Of a stretch of DNA of 64,000 bases, positions 33,730 through 42,341 are shown piece by piece (the stretch's first letter is position 1; the number at the start of each line of letters is the position of its first letter). The position numbers and the translations under genes are program-made. The notes beneath the pieces are model-generated. The model was not told the DNA's origin and searched no databases. It saw only the letters and a list, made by a program, of their open reading frames with translations. This stretch comes from a virus (lineage: Duplodnaviria > Caudoviricetes). The DNA lies in IMG/VR virus record IMGVR_UViG_3300013281_000008, positions 19,143-83,142 of that record. One strand, given 5' to 3'.

Positions 33730-33745
33730 TAATAAGTATTTATAG
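33730..33745 (+). promoter_or_regulatory. Late-promoter-like motif TAATAAGTATTTATAG
   Basis: Exact repeat before the 33831 gene. Confidence 0.7.
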
Positions 33746-33830
33746 AACAACATTCAACTTGTACTCCCTATACGGTATAGGGTTGCCTCTCTCCTTGAGG
33801 TCCTGTTGAATCAAAGGAGTGTAAATACTT

Positions 33831-34400
33831 ATGTCTTCACACACAATAATTATGTTTAAAACGGGCAACGATGTTGCTCAACAACGTCAATTGACTGAGT
33901 CTGTTGGTAACCCCAAAGTTTCTGGTCACAAGTTGGCCAACTTTGTTCGCGGATTACTTGGTGGTGCCAGATCTGCAGTTATGGAAATGGGTTCTGTTGA
34001 TAACAGTGCTGAGCCGGTAGCTGCTTCTAAAGTTGCTACGTTTTCAGCAGCCCCGGCTGCTTCTGAAACGATTTCGATCAATGGCGTTGCTATTACATTT
34101 GTAGACGGCGTTGCTGGTAACAATCAAGTTAAACGAGACGATTCTCCTTCTAACTCGACACTTGCCACACGATTGGCAGCTGCAATTAATAACAGTACGT
34201 CGGATGCCTTGGCCGGAGTTGTAAAAGCTGAAGCATCTAGTGCAAACGTGACGGTCTCTTGTTTGATTCCTGGTGTCATCGGAAACAGTATCGTTTTAGC
34301 AGACGCCGCTGCTGGTGTTGCTTGGGCAGGCGCAGCAACTGCACTTTCGGGTGGAGTTGGACGTTTACCTTCGTTGAATCAGTACAAATTTTCTCGCTAA
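33831..34400 (+). CDS. Virion structural protein (decoration-like)
   Basis: SD AAGGAG; ETISINGVAITF...LAAAINNS...VTVS..PGVIGNSIVL motif; Ala/Gly-rich. Confidence 0.7.
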   Translation: MSSHTIIMFKTGNDVAQQRQLTESVGNPKVSGHKLANFVRGLLGGARSAVMEMGSVDNSAEPVAASKVATFSAAPAASETISINGVAITFVDGVAGNNQVKRDDSPSNSTLATRLAAAINNSTSDALAGVVKAEASSANVTVSCLIPGVIGNSIVLADAAAGVAWAGAATALSGGVGRLPSLNQYKFSR

Positions 34401-34410
34401 TTGAATGTTG

Positions 34411-34433
34411 GGGCCGGTTTAAACCGGCCCTTT
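34411..34433 (+). terminator. Perfect 20-bp palindrome GGGCCGGTTTAAACCGGCCC followed by TTT (terminator or processing hairpin)
   Basis: Visible directly; short U-tail. Confidence 0.6.
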
Positions 34434-34470
34434 AACTCTCCAGGCAGGACGGAGAGATTGGAGAGTCCTA

Positions 34471-35913
34471 GTGTCAATTTCTTTGAATATCAATGGCATA
34501 GTTTATCCTTTTCCTGTCGAAGGTGAAGAAAACTGGGGCCCAGATGTAACTAATTGGGCTCAGGCAATCACACAAGGTGCCCTACTTAAAGGAACTGGAG
34601 TACTGGGTGCTACTCAAGTTTTCACATTAACTGGGGACGTGGACTTCGGGGCCACGTATGGTCTTCGAGTTGCTTACCTCAGATCTAGAACAGCAACTGC
34701 AGCAACTAGTGGATTAGTTAGGCTAGCCAATGCCGAAGAAATCAATTGGCGCAATCAAGCCAATAGCGCTAACCTTCCTTTAAGAGTCAGTACGGCTAAC
34801 TGGCTTCAATTTAATTCTATCGATCTAGTAGATGTATCTACTGCGCAAAACTTAAGTAATAAAGTGTTTGGATCACATTTACTTCCAACTGCGAGTAATA
34901 CATATGATTTAGGATCAACTGGAACTCGTTGGAAAGATGGATGGTTTCAAGGTAATTTAACAGTTGCAGGAAGTCTCAGTGCTGGATCTGTAACATTTGC
35001 AGATTTTACTGCTACTGGAAATATAACATTAGGTGATGCAACTTCTGACACCGTCAATGTTATTGCCAGATTTGTAAGTAATTTGATACCAAGCTCAAGT
35101 ACTACTTATGATTTAGGAAGTAGTTCTTTAGTTTGGAATAATAGTTACTCAAATAGAGTATTGGTTGGTAACGGATCGACGGCAACACCATCAATTGCGT
35201 TTATTAGTGAAACTGGATTAGGCACATATAGAGATGCAAGTGGTTCAATCACTTTAGGTGCAAACACTGGCTCTCTTGCCCGATTAATTATTCGTTCGAA
35301 CGATTTAAACGCAGCAACGGTTGTTCTATTAAATTCAAATGGCGGCGGTTCTGGGGATCAATTGATCTCTTTTTGTGAAGCATCATCTTCAACTGGAGCA
35401 TGGTCTGTTGGACGACACGATAGTGATTCAAGTGCTTTTAAAATTTCACAGGGATTAGTTACTTTAGGTACAAATGATTATTTTAGAGTGACTACTTCTG
35501 GTGAATTGACGCTTGGCGCAATAAGTAGTGTTCAAACACACACTATTATTGGCAATGCAGTTGCAAGACAGAATTCTTTGGGCGTTACAGTTACTGAGGA
35601 TTCTTTATCAACAGTCACATTGAATGATAACCAGGCTTCTGCGACCAATGCCTTTACTTATACCGCAGCTGGTAATGAACATATTGTTCTAGATTATTCT
35701 ATTTCACGAAGCACGGCTAGAGAAACTGGAACCATTCTTATTGGACAAAATGGCACCGATGTTGAATTTAATCGCGTACACGGTGGTACTGGTGATACAG
35801 GAATCACCTTTAGTGTGGATATTAGTGGTGGTTTAGTGCGATTACGTTATACCAGTACGAGTACTGGCTCCAGTGCAACAATGCGAGCCATTGCTCGTCG
35901 TTGGGGTTCATAA
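34471..35913 (+). CDS. Fibre-like virion protein with shared C-terminal domain (1 of 3)
   Basis: SD GGAG + GTG; G/S/T-rich repeats; C-terminal domain like those of 36248 and 36914. Confidence 0.75.
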   Translation: MSISLNINGIVYPFPVEGEENWGPDVTNWAQAITQGALLKGTGVLGATQVFTLTGDVDFGATYGLRVAYLRSRTATAATSGLVRLANAEEINWRNQANSANLPLRVSTANWLQFNSIDLVDVSTAQNLSNKVFGSHLLPTASNTYDLGSTGTRWKDGWFQGNLTVAGSLSAGSVTFADFTATGNITLGDATSDTVNVIARFVSNLIPSSSTTYDLGSSSLVWNNSYSNRVLVGNGSTATPSIAFISETGLGTYRDASGSITLGANTGSLARLIIRSNDLNAATVVLLNSNGGGSGDQLISFCEASSSTGAWSVGRHDSDSSAFKISQGLVTLGTNDYFRVTTSGELTLGAISSVQTHTIIGNAVARQNSLGVTVTEDSLSTVTLNDNQASATNAFTYTAAGNEHIVLDYSISRSTARETGTILIGQNGTDVEFNRVHGGTGDTGITFSVDISGGLVRLRYTSTSTGSSATMRAIARRWGS

Positions 35914-36248
35914 TGGCACAGAATTTATTCAATATTAAGATTATTACCAATGGTGATATGTCTGGTAATATTACTTCAGATGAAATCGATCTTTCCAAAG
36001 TCGATGGATATGCAATTCAAGCTGATTATACCGGATCTCCAACTGGAGATATTAAAATTCAATGTTCAGTAAATGGATCGACTTGGGCAGATTATCCGTC
36101 TTCTGAAGTTGCAATTCCAACTGCGACTAGTCCTATTCTTTGGGAAATAACTACAGCTTTTTACGATAAGGTCAGAGTAATTTATACCGCGTCTTCTGGC
36201 TCTGGAACTCTCAATGTCCAAATTAATGTAAAAGGAACTGAGGATTAA
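35913..36248 (+). CDS. 111-aa beta-sandwich virion protein, paralogue B
   Basis: TAATG-coupled start at 35913; paralogue of 26330..26665. Confidence 0.75.
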   Translation: MAQNLFNIKIITNGDMSGNITSDEIDLSKVDGYAIQADYTGSPTGDIKIQCSVNGSTWADYPSSEVAIPTATSPILWEITTAFYDKVRVIYTASSGSGTLNVQINVKGTED

Positions 36249-36862
36249 TGTCCTATTTCGTTAAATTAGGCGATGGCGGAGCGGTCACTTGGAAAGAACC
36301 CTCGGCAACGGTTGGAGATTTACCCCCAACTGGAAATCAAGTTGGTGATGCTAGAATTGTTATTAGCCCAGCCTCTGTCTATGTTTGGGATGGAAGTTCC
36401 TGGCAGAATGTATCTTCTGGCGGCGGAGGATCTCCTGGGGGTGTTTCAGGAACCGTCCAATTTAATGATTCTGGGAACTTTGACGGCGATAGCCAATTTC
36501 AATGGAATGAGACCAATAAATTCATTAATTTGAATGGATTGGCAATTAAAGCACTTAGTGCCTCAACCAGTTTAGTTGACGCCCAAGCTTCACCTGTAAC
36601 TGCTTTTTCATATAGTGCTACTAGTTATAATTTTACGATTATCGAATACTCAATAACAAGAAATACATCCAAACAGGTTGGGATGTTGTTTGTTTCAAAT
36701 GACGCGTCTTCTGCCGCTTTAAGTAATGGATTTGCAAATTTATCAGATGTTGGGGTTGAACTATCAGCCAGCGTTTCAGCTGGAAATGTAAATATTCAGT
36801 ATACAACTACTGCTACTGGATTTAATGCATTTCTTAAATATGCAATAAGACAATGGATCTAG
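36248..36862 (+). CDS. Virion protein with shared C-terminal domain (2 of 3)
   Basis: DLPPTGNQVGDARI, GTVQFND motifs; shared C-terminal domain. Confidence 0.75.
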   Translation: MSYFVKLGDGGAVTWKEPSATVGDLPPTGNQVGDARIVISPASVYVWDGSSWQNVSSGGGGSPGGVSGTVQFNDSGNFDGDSQFQWNETNKFINLNGLAIKALSASTSLVDAQASPVTAFSYSATSYNFTIIEYSITRNTSKQVGMLFVSNDASSAALSNGFANLSDVGVELSASVSAGNVNIQYTTTATGFNAFLKYAIRQWI

Positions 36863-36866
36863 AAAT

Positions 36867-36877
36867 TAATAAGTATT
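36867..36877 (+). promoter_or_regulatory. Late-promoter-like motif TAATAAGTATT
   Basis: Intergenic, before 36914. Confidence 0.6.
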
Positions 36878-36913
36878 AATGGTATTAACACAGAGTATTA
36901 AAAGGGGTACATA

Positions 36914-39205
36914 ATGGGAAATAATCAATGGAAACTTCAGGGCGCGCTTCGGTTTGGTAACCTTTCTGGTGACCCAACGCCGACATCAGCTGGCCTTTCT
37001 TACTTTTCAACATCGGTTAATAAGCTTCGCCTTTACAACGGCTCGGCTTGGGTTAGTTTGGCTAACCTTTCCGAATTAGCCTCTACTACAGACGGGTCTG
37101 CTGGTGCTGATTTAGTTGGTGGTGAGAATAAGTCGTATACCAATATTTCTGGCCTTACGACCTATACCGTCCAAGATTTCATTGATCGAATCGATGTAGC
37201 CCTCGGTGTCTCTGGTGGAAGTACCTTTAACGATAACGTATTTCGTATTTATGACAACGGCGATAATACTAAACAAATCGCTTTTCAAGCTTCTGGTATT
37301 TCTACGGCAACGACTCGTACGATTACAATGCCGGATGCCGACGTTGATCTTGGAAACCTTACGAATTCTAATATTTCAGCGTCTGCCGCCATTGTGTATA
37401 GCAAACTTAATTTAACGGGAAGTATTGTAAATGCGGATATTAATGCCTCTGCTGCTATCGCTTATAGTAAGCTAAGCTTAACCAATAGCATTGTTAATGC
37501 TGATATCAACGCTTCTGCGGCTATTGCTTATAGCAAATTAAACCTTGCTAATAGTATTGTTAATGCAGACATAGCTACTGGAGCAGCCATTGATGCTGCT
37601 AAAATCCACGATGGATCGGTAAGTAACACAGAATTTGGTTACTTAGATGGTGTCACTTCTTCGATTCAAACCCAATTGGACGCTAAAGCCGATGATGCTG
37701 ATGTTATTAAGAAAGATGGATCGGTTGCGTTCACTGGTGACCAATCGATGGGTGGATTTAAACTCACATCTCTTGGTGCCCCAACATCTGGAACAGATGC
37801 TGCAACAAAACAATATGTTGATAACGTAGCTGAAGGACTTAAACCCAAAGCCGCCGTTAGAGCAGCCACAACTGCTGATATTACACTGGCTAATGAGCAA
37901 ACTATCGATGATGTTGCTCTAGTTGCCGGTGACCGAGTTCTTGTTAAAGATCAAACCGATGACGAAGACAACGGTATTTATAACGTTGTGGACGCGGGTG
38001 CATGGACTAGATCTTCTGATTTTGACTCACTTACTCCTATTGATGAAGTCAATGGTGCATATGTTGCAGTTCAAGAAGGTACAGTTAATGCCGGTAAAAT
38101 CTATGTTCAACAAGGTGAAGTAACCGCGATTGGTACAGATCCAATTATCTTTGTATTCTTCAACTCCTCAGCCTCTCTTGTTGGTGGAGATGGTATCACT
38201 GTTTCTGGTAATAATATCAGTGTTGATCACGACGGTGAAGGTCTTACGTTTGTTGCCACACAGTTGGCACTTGAACTTGACGGATCTACACTTTCTAAAT
38301 CAGCTTCTGGTCTTAAAGTTGCAGATGGTGGTATTACCAATACTCAAGTTAATGCTTCTGCGGCTATTGCTTATAGCAAGTTAAATCTATCAAATAGTAT
38401 TGTTAATGCAGATATTAACGCGTCTGCAGCTATCGCATATAGTAAGCTAAGCTTAACCAATAGCATTGTCAATGCTGATATTAACTCAGCAGCCGCCATT
38501 GCTTATAGCAAGTTAAACTTGTCAGCAAGTATTGTGAATGCTGATATAGCAGCAGCTGCAGCGATTGCTCTTAATAAACTTGCCGCAGTGACAGCTAACC
38601 GAGCGTTGGCTTCAGATGGATCTGGCTTTATTGTAGCTACTTCTGTCACGGATACTGAACTTGGATATCTCTCGGGTGTTACATCTGCCATCCAAACTCA
38701 ACTGGACGCTAAAGTAACTGGACCGGCTTCTGCAACGGACGAAGCACTTGCTCGATTCGATGGAACAACCGGCAAGCTTGTTCAAAACAGCTCAACCAAC
38801 CTGTCGGATTCTGGAGCACTCACTATCGCCGATGTATTCAAACGCGGTGATGGTGGTTTAACAAACTTTATTGAAGAAGAGTACATTTACAACCAGAGCT
38901 TAACTGCTTCCACTACGGCAGTTTTGGCGGCTCTTACTTTCGATAGTAAGGTTTATAAGGCGATCCATGTTGAATATCAAGTTCGAAATGGTAATAACCG
39001 CCGAACTGGTAAACTCTATGTCGTATGTGACAACGCCGATGGCGTTGCCGCAACTAACGTATCCATTGTAGACAACTCTACAGAAACGGCAGAAATCAAC
39101 CTTTCTTGGTCTGCCGCAATGAACGGGGATAACGTAGAAATCAGTTATACGACGAGTTCTGGAACTTATTCAATAAACATGGATACTAAACGTTTTAAGA
39201 GCTAA
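36914..39205 (+). CDS. Long fibre protein with two clusters of 22-aa repeats and the shared C-terminal domain (3 of 3)
   Basis: SIVNADINASAAIAYSKLxLxN repeats with a 66-bp period; DAATKQYVD and GDRVLVKDQ fibre motifs. Confidence 0.8.
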   Translation: MGNNQWKLQGALRFGNLSGDPTPTSAGLSYFSTSVNKLRLYNGSAWVSLANLSELASTTDGSAGADLVGGENKSYTNISGLTTYTVQDFIDRIDVALGVSGGSTFNDNVFRIYDNGDNTKQIAFQASGISTATTRTITMPDADVDLGNLTNSNISASAAIVYSKLNLTGSIVNADINASAAIAYSKLSLTNSIVNADINASAAIAYSKLNLANSIVNADIATGAAIDAAKIHDGSVSNTEFGYLDGVTSSIQTQLDAKADDADVIKKDGSVAFTGDQSMGGFKLTSLGAPTSGTDAATKQYVDNVAEGLKPKAAVRAATTADITLANEQTIDDVALVAGDRVLVKDQTDDEDNGIYNVVDAGAWTRSSDFDSLTPIDEVNGAYVAVQEGTVNAGKIYVQQGEVTAIGTDPIIFVFFNSSASLVGGDGITVSGNNISVDHDGEGLTFVATQLALELDGSTLSKSASGLKVADGGITNTQVNASAAIAYSKLNLSNSIVNADINASAAIAYSKLSLTNSIVNADINSAAAIAYSKLNLSASIVNADIAAAAAIALNKLAAVTANRALASDGSGFIVATSVTDTELGYLSGVTSAIQTQLDAKVTGPASATDEALARFDGTTGKLVQNSSTNLSDSGALTIADVFKRGDGGLTNFIEEEYIYNQSLTASTTAVLAALTFDSKVYKAIHVEYQVRNGNNRRTGKLYVVCDNADGVAATNVSIVDNSTETAEINLSWSAAMNGDNVEISYTTSSGTYSINMDTKRFKS

Positions 39206-39207
39206 TT

Positions 39208-39218
39208 TAATAAGTATT
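39208..39218 (+). promoter_or_regulatory. Late-promoter-like motif TAATAAGTATT, followed by hairpin ATGGGGTC-TATTAT-GACCCCAT (39230-39251)
   Basis: Intergenic, before 39296. Confidence 0.6.
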
Positions 39219-39295
39219 ATGTAAGGTATATGGGGTCTATTATGACCCCATCTGCCTCTTTAAATGGATAGTTTGGAAAGTTAAAGAGGATATTA

Positions 39296-40699
39296 ATGTC
39301 GTTGGACTTCTTCAGGATCTCAAAAGGGATTAGATTAACACCCCAGTCGGGAGCGCCTTCTTCTCCACAAGAAGGTGATTTATACTTTGACAACTCCCTT
39401 GTAAAACTCAGGGTGTATCAAAATGGAACTTGGGTTAATATCACCGATTCTGACGGAACTGTACTTCTAGCTGACGGATCGGCTGCTTCCCCATCTTTAG
39501 CTTTTGCTTCTTCCGGGAATGAAAATACTGGTCTTTATTTATTTGGAACTGATAGTCTTGGTTTTTCCGCCAACGGAACTTCTGTTGGTAACTATTCAGC
39601 AGCTGGTCTTTGGACCATTGGAGCAACTAGCGGCACGCAAACCCATGCAGTAAATGGTCAGATGGCTATTACTAGCCGTCTCGCAGTAGGAACGACTGAT
39701 TCTTCAGCTACGGCACTAAACGGTGCCGGCTCTGTCACAAGCGGTGCTTCTCAATCTGGTATATCGTCAGATTGGACTTATAGCTCTGCGGCCACCACAC
39801 AAGCGTTGGGTATTGTTTCAAGAATTAATACTCAAGCTGCTTCATTTACTTTACCATTTGGTGCTGCTTTTAATGCGACAGCGCCTATTATTGGAGCAGG
39901 TTCAACTATTACTAGGAGTATTGGTTTACGTTTTAGTGGTACTTGGACAGGTGGTACTAATAATGCTTATATTGCTGATAATACTTCGTTCACCGGCAAC
40001 TACTTTATTAACTCGACAAGTACAAATCCATCGGTTTTAAGTGGAAGATTAGATATTAATTCAGGCGGAACCACCTCCACATCTATTTTAAGAGTTGGTG
40101 GAACAGCAACTATTTTAACTGGTACTGATCAACAAGGTATTTATACAAACTCGGCAATGTCATCTGCGGCAACAAGTTCTATTGCCGGTATTAGAATTCA
40201 AGTCGAAACACCTAATACAACATTTACAACAGCAATAGCTGCTTCTTTACGAACGACGAGCTTTGTAAAAGGCGCTTCTCATACAATTACAAGATACGCT
40301 CAATTACTCATTGATGGAACTATTCCAACTACGGCAACCGGATCAGCTTACATAGCTGACAACACAACATTCACCGGCAACTACTTCATCCATTCCACAA
40401 GCACTTCAGAATCTTTAATATCTGGTGATTTAAGAATTAATACGGCAGGTAAAGGCCTCCTTGTAAAAGAAGGATCTAATGCTAAAATGGGAGTTGCTAC
40501 GCTAGTTGCTGGTACTGTTACGGTTAATACGACGGCAGTTACTGCAAATAGCCGTATTTTTCTAACTCATCAAAATAATAGTGGAACTGTGGGATTTGTG
40601 ACAGTAAGTGCAAGAACCGCATCAACTAGTTTTACGATTCTCTCCAGCAATGCAGCAGACACTAGTAATATCGCTTGGATGATAGTAGAACCGGCATAA
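39296..40699 (+). CDS. Fibre-like protein with an internal tandem domain duplication
   Basis: AYIADNTxFTGNYFIxSTST occurs twice; GSAASPSLAF..NTGLY motif; C-terminal GVATLVAGTVTVNTTAVTANSRIFLT motif. Confidence 0.75.
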   Translation: MSLDFFRISKGIRLTPQSGAPSSPQEGDLYFDNSLVKLRVYQNGTWVNITDSDGTVLLADGSAASPSLAFASSGNENTGLYLFGTDSLGFSANGTSVGNYSAAGLWTIGATSGTQTHAVNGQMAITSRLAVGTTDSSATALNGAGSVTSGASQSGISSDWTYSSAATTQALGIVSRINTQAASFTLPFGAAFNATAPIIGAGSTITRSIGLRFSGTWTGGTNNAYIADNTSFTGNYFINSTSTNPSVLSGRLDINSGGTTSTSILRVGGTATILTGTDQQGIYTNSAMSSAATSSIAGIRIQVETPNTTFTTAIAASLRTTSFVKGASHTITRYAQLLIDGTIPTTATGSAYIADNTTFTGNYFIHSTSTSESLISGDLRINTAGKGLLVKEGSNAKMGVATLVAGTVTVNTTAVTANSRIFLTHQNNSGTVGFVTVSARTASTSFTILSSNAADTSNIAWMIVEPA

Positions 40700-40735
40700 T
40701 AAAGTTTAATATTAATTTAAGGAGCAAATAATAAC

Positions 40736-41059
40736 ATGGCAGATCAAATGAACGCAAAACAGCAAGCTAAGAAGGAACTCCTTCAAGAGCTTATCGATAT
40801 GATGAATCAAGAAATGGATTATTCTCTTCCCGGTATGGAACGTCCAGAAATGGATATGGAAATGCCCGAGGAAGTTGAATTGGAAGTAGACATGGAAGCA
40901 CCCAAGGCACCCAAAGTGGAAATGCCTGAAGAGGGTATGGAAGAGATTGAAATGTCTCAACCTCCGATGTCTGATGAAGATCAAATGGATCAAGATTTGA
41001 TGGAATTGGCCAGCAAGAAATCCATAAAGGACGAAGAAGAGGATAAAGAAGAGGCTTAA
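40736..41059 (+). CDS. Acidic Met/Glu/Pro-rich small protein
   Basis: SD AAGGAG; low complexity. Confidence 0.7.
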   Translation: MADQMNAKQQAKKELLQELIDMMNQEMDYSLPGMERPEMDMEMPEEVELEVDMEAPKAPKVEMPEEGMEEIEMSQPPMSDEDQMDQDLMELASKKSIKDEEEDKEEA

Positions 41060-41061
41060 TT

Positions 41062-41373
41062 ATGCCCTTTGATTATAAGCAAGAAGCTTTAAAAGATCTC
41101 ATGAGACAGATCGAGGAAGGACGTCTTCAAGAATCTGATCTTATGACTCAACTTGAACAGAAACCGTCTGATCAAGAAGCTTCTGATGCTATCTCTCGTT
41201 TTCTTGCTTCACAAGATCCAAAAGAAGCCGTTCCTCCAGTTCAACCAGGTCCTCCAATGGAACAACCTAGTGCTCAACGTGACCTTAACGTTTTAGAAAA
41301 GCCCTTTTATGAAGGCTTAGAAGAACGTAAGCGTCAAGAACGAGAATTGGAAGAATACTTCAAAAATAGATAA
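41062..41373 (+). CDS. hypothetical late protein
   Basis: 103-aa ORF. Confidence 0.65.
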   Translation: MPFDYKQEALKDLMRQIEEGRLQESDLMTQLEQKPSDQEASDAISRFLASQDPKEAVPPVQPGPPMEQPSAQRDLNVLEKPFYEGLEERKRQERELEEYFKNR

Positions 41374-41384
41374 AGGGGTTCCTA

Positions 41385-42317
41385 GTGCCCAGCTACACAA
41401 CCACCCAATTGGTTAATACGATTAAGACCAAAGGTCTTGTTCCTACTAACCAGTTAACATTTACAACGGATCAAATTCTTCAGATTGCAGATGAAGAAAT
41501 GCAGACTGGTGTTGTTCCACTCATTATGACTGCCAGAGAGGAATACTTTGTCAAGTTTGAAGACTTCACTATTAATTCTGGTCAATCTGAATATGAACTA
41601 CCTTATCGCTCAATTGGCTCCAAATTGCGCGAAATTACGGTTGTAAACGGCGAATCTGAGTATAAGATTCCTCTTTTTCAAGCTGATCAAATTGCCGATA
41701 GAAACGATCCATTTGGATTTAATGCCGGGACTGTTGCATATCTAAGAGCTAATAAGGTGGTTCTTAGTCCCGGCCCTGTACCTTCTCTCGGTCAAACCCT
41801 TCGAATGTATTATTTTAATCGAAGAAATACTTTGGTTCAAGAAACAGCAGCCGGGCGTATTGATGCGATAGATACCAATACCAATACTATTACTCTATCT
41901 AACGTTCCAACAACCTTTAGTATTTCTAGCCAATATGACTTCATTAAATCTAAGCCAGGTTTTGAGAATCTAGCAGAAGATCGCACACCTACTGCAATTA
42001 ATGGGACTTTATTTACTTTTGCAAGTCTTCCATCTGGTTTGGTGGTTGGTGATTATTTGGCGTTATCTGGAGAATCCCCGATTGTACAGATACCCGTAGA
42101 ATTCCAGCCAGTTTTAGCCCAGCGTGTAATTGTACGTATTTTAGAAGCAATTGGCGATACCACTGGGGTTCAAGTTGCTAGAACAAAGTTAGTTGAATTA
42201 GAAAAGAATACTTTGGATCTTATTTCTCCACGAGTTGATGGAAATCCAAAGAAGATTGTTAATATTTATGGTCCGCTTAATGCGGGAGGACGTTTTTCTA
42301 GATGGTGGCGTTCCTAG
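41385..42317 (+). CDS. Head-tail adaptor (T7 gp11/P22 gp4-like position)
   Basis: Helical N-terminus (ILQIADEEMQ), YELPYR, IPVEFQPVLAQRV; precedes the nozzle. Confidence 0.7.
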   Translation: MPSYTTTQLVNTIKTKGLVPTNQLTFTTDQILQIADEEMQTGVVPLIMTAREEYFVKFEDFTINSGQSEYELPYRSIGSKLREITVVNGESEYKIPLFQADQIADRNDPFGFNAGTVAYLRANKVVLSPGPVPSLGQTLRMYYFNRRNTLVQETAAGRIDAIDTNTNTITLSNVPTTFSISSQYDFIKSKPGFENLAEDRTPTAINGTLFTFASLPSGLVVGDYLALSGESPIVQIPVEFQPVLAQRVIVRILEAIGDTTGVQVARTKLVELEKNTLDLISPRVDGNPKKIVNIYGPLNAGGRFSRWWRS

Positions 42318-42341
42318 AACAAACGAATTGGTTAATTAAAA

